Shown here one piece after another: positions 62,727-64,000 of a stretch of 64,000 nt of DNA (position 1 is the stretch's first letter; each line of letters starts with the position of its first letter). The position numbers and the translations under genes are program-made. Where the stretch lies: NCBI GenBank assembly GCA_000002445.1, contig CH464491.1, positions 160,001-224,000 of the forward strand. Reading direction: 5' to 3'. The notes beneath the pieces are model-generated. The model saw nothing but the letters and a program-made list of their open reading frames with translations. It was not told the origin of the DNA and ran no database searches. This stretch comes from Trypanosoma brucei (taxonomy: Eukaryota).

Positions 62727-63467
62727 ATGGTGGTTAGTCTGAGGAGGTTTCACTCATATGCCAATAGCAGTAGGGGCGGTGCCACCACGTGCTTGATTAC
62801 GGGAGGGGGGAAGGGGCATTTTGCTCTAACTGTGTCAACCCGTGGTCGCTTTTATCGTCCGTTGGTGGACGACGGAATTAATTTGTGGCGTCGGCGCATG
62901 GGTCGAATCCACAAGGGTTGGAGGACATGGGAATACCAGCACACACGACCTGATCCACGGCCTTTCCCAGATCCACCGGTGAATGATTACTTTGGTCGGA
63001 GCCGCATTTGGAACCCGATTGCATGCAAGTTAGGCTACGTAAGGAAGAAGGCTGATGAATGGGGTTGGCCCAACAAGCCACCGCCGCCGACTGGGTTGAG
63101 GCACTCGCAAGAGTTTTTCCCTTTCTTTTTTGAGAGGTATTTTCCGGATGCGGAGGTCCGTTTGTTGCTTGATAGTGTCCTAAACAACGAAACAAAGCGG
63201 CCTGTTTTTCAGATTCCGTGCAGCATGTCCAAGGTAGAACTTGTCAACTACCTCAAAAACATTTACGGTATAGACAACGTTGTTCGCGTAGAGGTGCGGA
63301 ATCGACGTGGTCGCCGATACAAGAACGAAGTGGGTGAGATCAAGATGATGGACGACTACAAAGTCGCCGTCGTGGAGCTTGACACACCGGTTTCTGTTGA
63401 GCTGAAGCAAATAAAGGGAACGGAGGACACGTCCGATAATAGGCCCCAGGAACGAATCACTCAATGA
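62727..63467 (+). CDS. Mitochondrial ribosomal protein uL23m-like (L23/L25 family) with an N-terminal presequence.
   Basis: The ORF starts at an ATG (MVVSLRRFHSYANSS...), a basic presequence. The C-terminal PVFQIPCSMSKVELVNYLKNIYGIDNVVRVEVRN...DYKVAVVEL resembles the uL23 fold motif (...K.EIK.A.E.LF.V.V..V.T........KKA.V.L). Confidence 0.45.
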   Translation: MVVSLRRFHSYANSSRGGATTCLITGGGKGHFALTVSTRGRFYRPLVDDGINLWRRRMGRIHKGWRTWEYQHTRPDPRPFPDPPVNDYFGRSRIWNPIACKLGYVRKKADEWGWPNKPPPPTGLRHSQEFFPFFFERYFPDAEVRLLLDSVLNNETKRPVFQIPCSMSKVELVNYLKNIYGIDNVVRVEVRNRRGRRYKNEVGEIKMMDDYKVAVVELDTPVSVELKQIKGTEDTSDNRPQERITQ

Positions 63468-64000
63468 GGGGGGTTTCTGGAGGCAGCGTGAAGTGAGAAG
63501 GAAGGGAGGGAGCTGGGGTAGCTGACGTTTATTTATTGGTTGCACGTGAGTTTGATGCCAAGCAGCGTGCATCTTTTTTTTTTCTTTCTTGTATTAGTTG
63601 CGAGCAGAAGGAGTGGGCCGCGACAGCACTAACCCATTTGGTTCAACTCCTTGTTTTTCAAATACTGCAGTCATTTCCATTTTTTCTCTTGTCGCACGTC
63701 GATGGGATCACATTTCAATCGGCACTACTATTCACCCGTCCCACAATGTTCTTTTGGTAGTGTTTCGCAACCATATATGCGGGTTGTAACTCTAAGTTGG
63801 TGAGGTCTTGCAGAGGGATGTGGAGTACTGCTATTGATAAAGGTTACGGGGTGTGGCGAATAACAAGGCTTACTGATATGATATTTTCTCTTCGTACTTC
63901 GGGTCCTCCGTCGGGTGTGTCCGTGTGACAGGAACCCATATGCGTCGCGTGTCGTATTTTTCTTCTGCATCCTTTGTTGTCGATGGGCGTCAACTCGTGG

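Noticed and set aside
1-64000. CRISPR arrays, prokaryotic operons and phage or defence islands.
   Set aside because: The sequence is clearly eukaryotic and kinetoplastid: monocistron-free long co-oriented gene arrays, trans-splicing-type pyrimidine tracts, eukaryote-specific genes such as eIF5A, LC8, prefoldin and SCAMP, and an ingi-type retrotransposon. There is no short direct-repeat array with unique spacers.

Overview
This window reads as nuclear chromosomal DNA from a kinetoplastid, most likely an African (salivarian) trypanosome. The evidence is intron-less genes packed on one strand, pyrimidine-rich tracts before each ORF, (TA)n and (GT)n microsatellites, and an ingi/L1Tc-clade non-LTR retrotransposon whose 2A peptide (SSIIRTKMLLSxDVEENPGP) matches the ingi/TSR1 type rather than the L1Tc type. 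Two divergent polycistronic units meet at a strand-switch region of about 3.5 kb (~20.97-24.55 kb). Genes to its left lie on the minus strand: a coiled-coil protein, an AN1 zinc-finger protein, an EpsinR-like ENTH protein, RPL21e, two large conserved hypotheticals, a SCAMP-like protein, dynein light chain LC8 and one further hypothetical. Genes to its right lie on the plus strand: eIF5A, an SNF2/RING ATPase with a PARP-type zinc finger, PP2C, a SKP1-like protein, a cyclin-like protein, an insert-rich Ser/Thr kinase, prefoldin-4, a RhoGAP-like protein, a polytopic membrane protein, Bud32/PRPK, an LRR coiled-coil protein and a mitochondrial L23-like protein. An ingi-like element of about 3.8 kb with an uninterrupted 1102-aa APE-RT-RNaseH ORF sits between the strand-switch region and the first minus-strand gene. 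It is followed head-to-tail by a 400-bp RIME-like non-autonomous derivative that carries the Pr77 hallmark and an A10 tail. This is a eukaryotic window, so there are no CRISPR arrays or operons, and I found no tRNA or snRNA genes by eye. The ORF track uses alternative start codons (TTG, GTG, CTG) translated as M. I therefore moved several starts to the first in-frame ATG; my coordinates may be off by one base.
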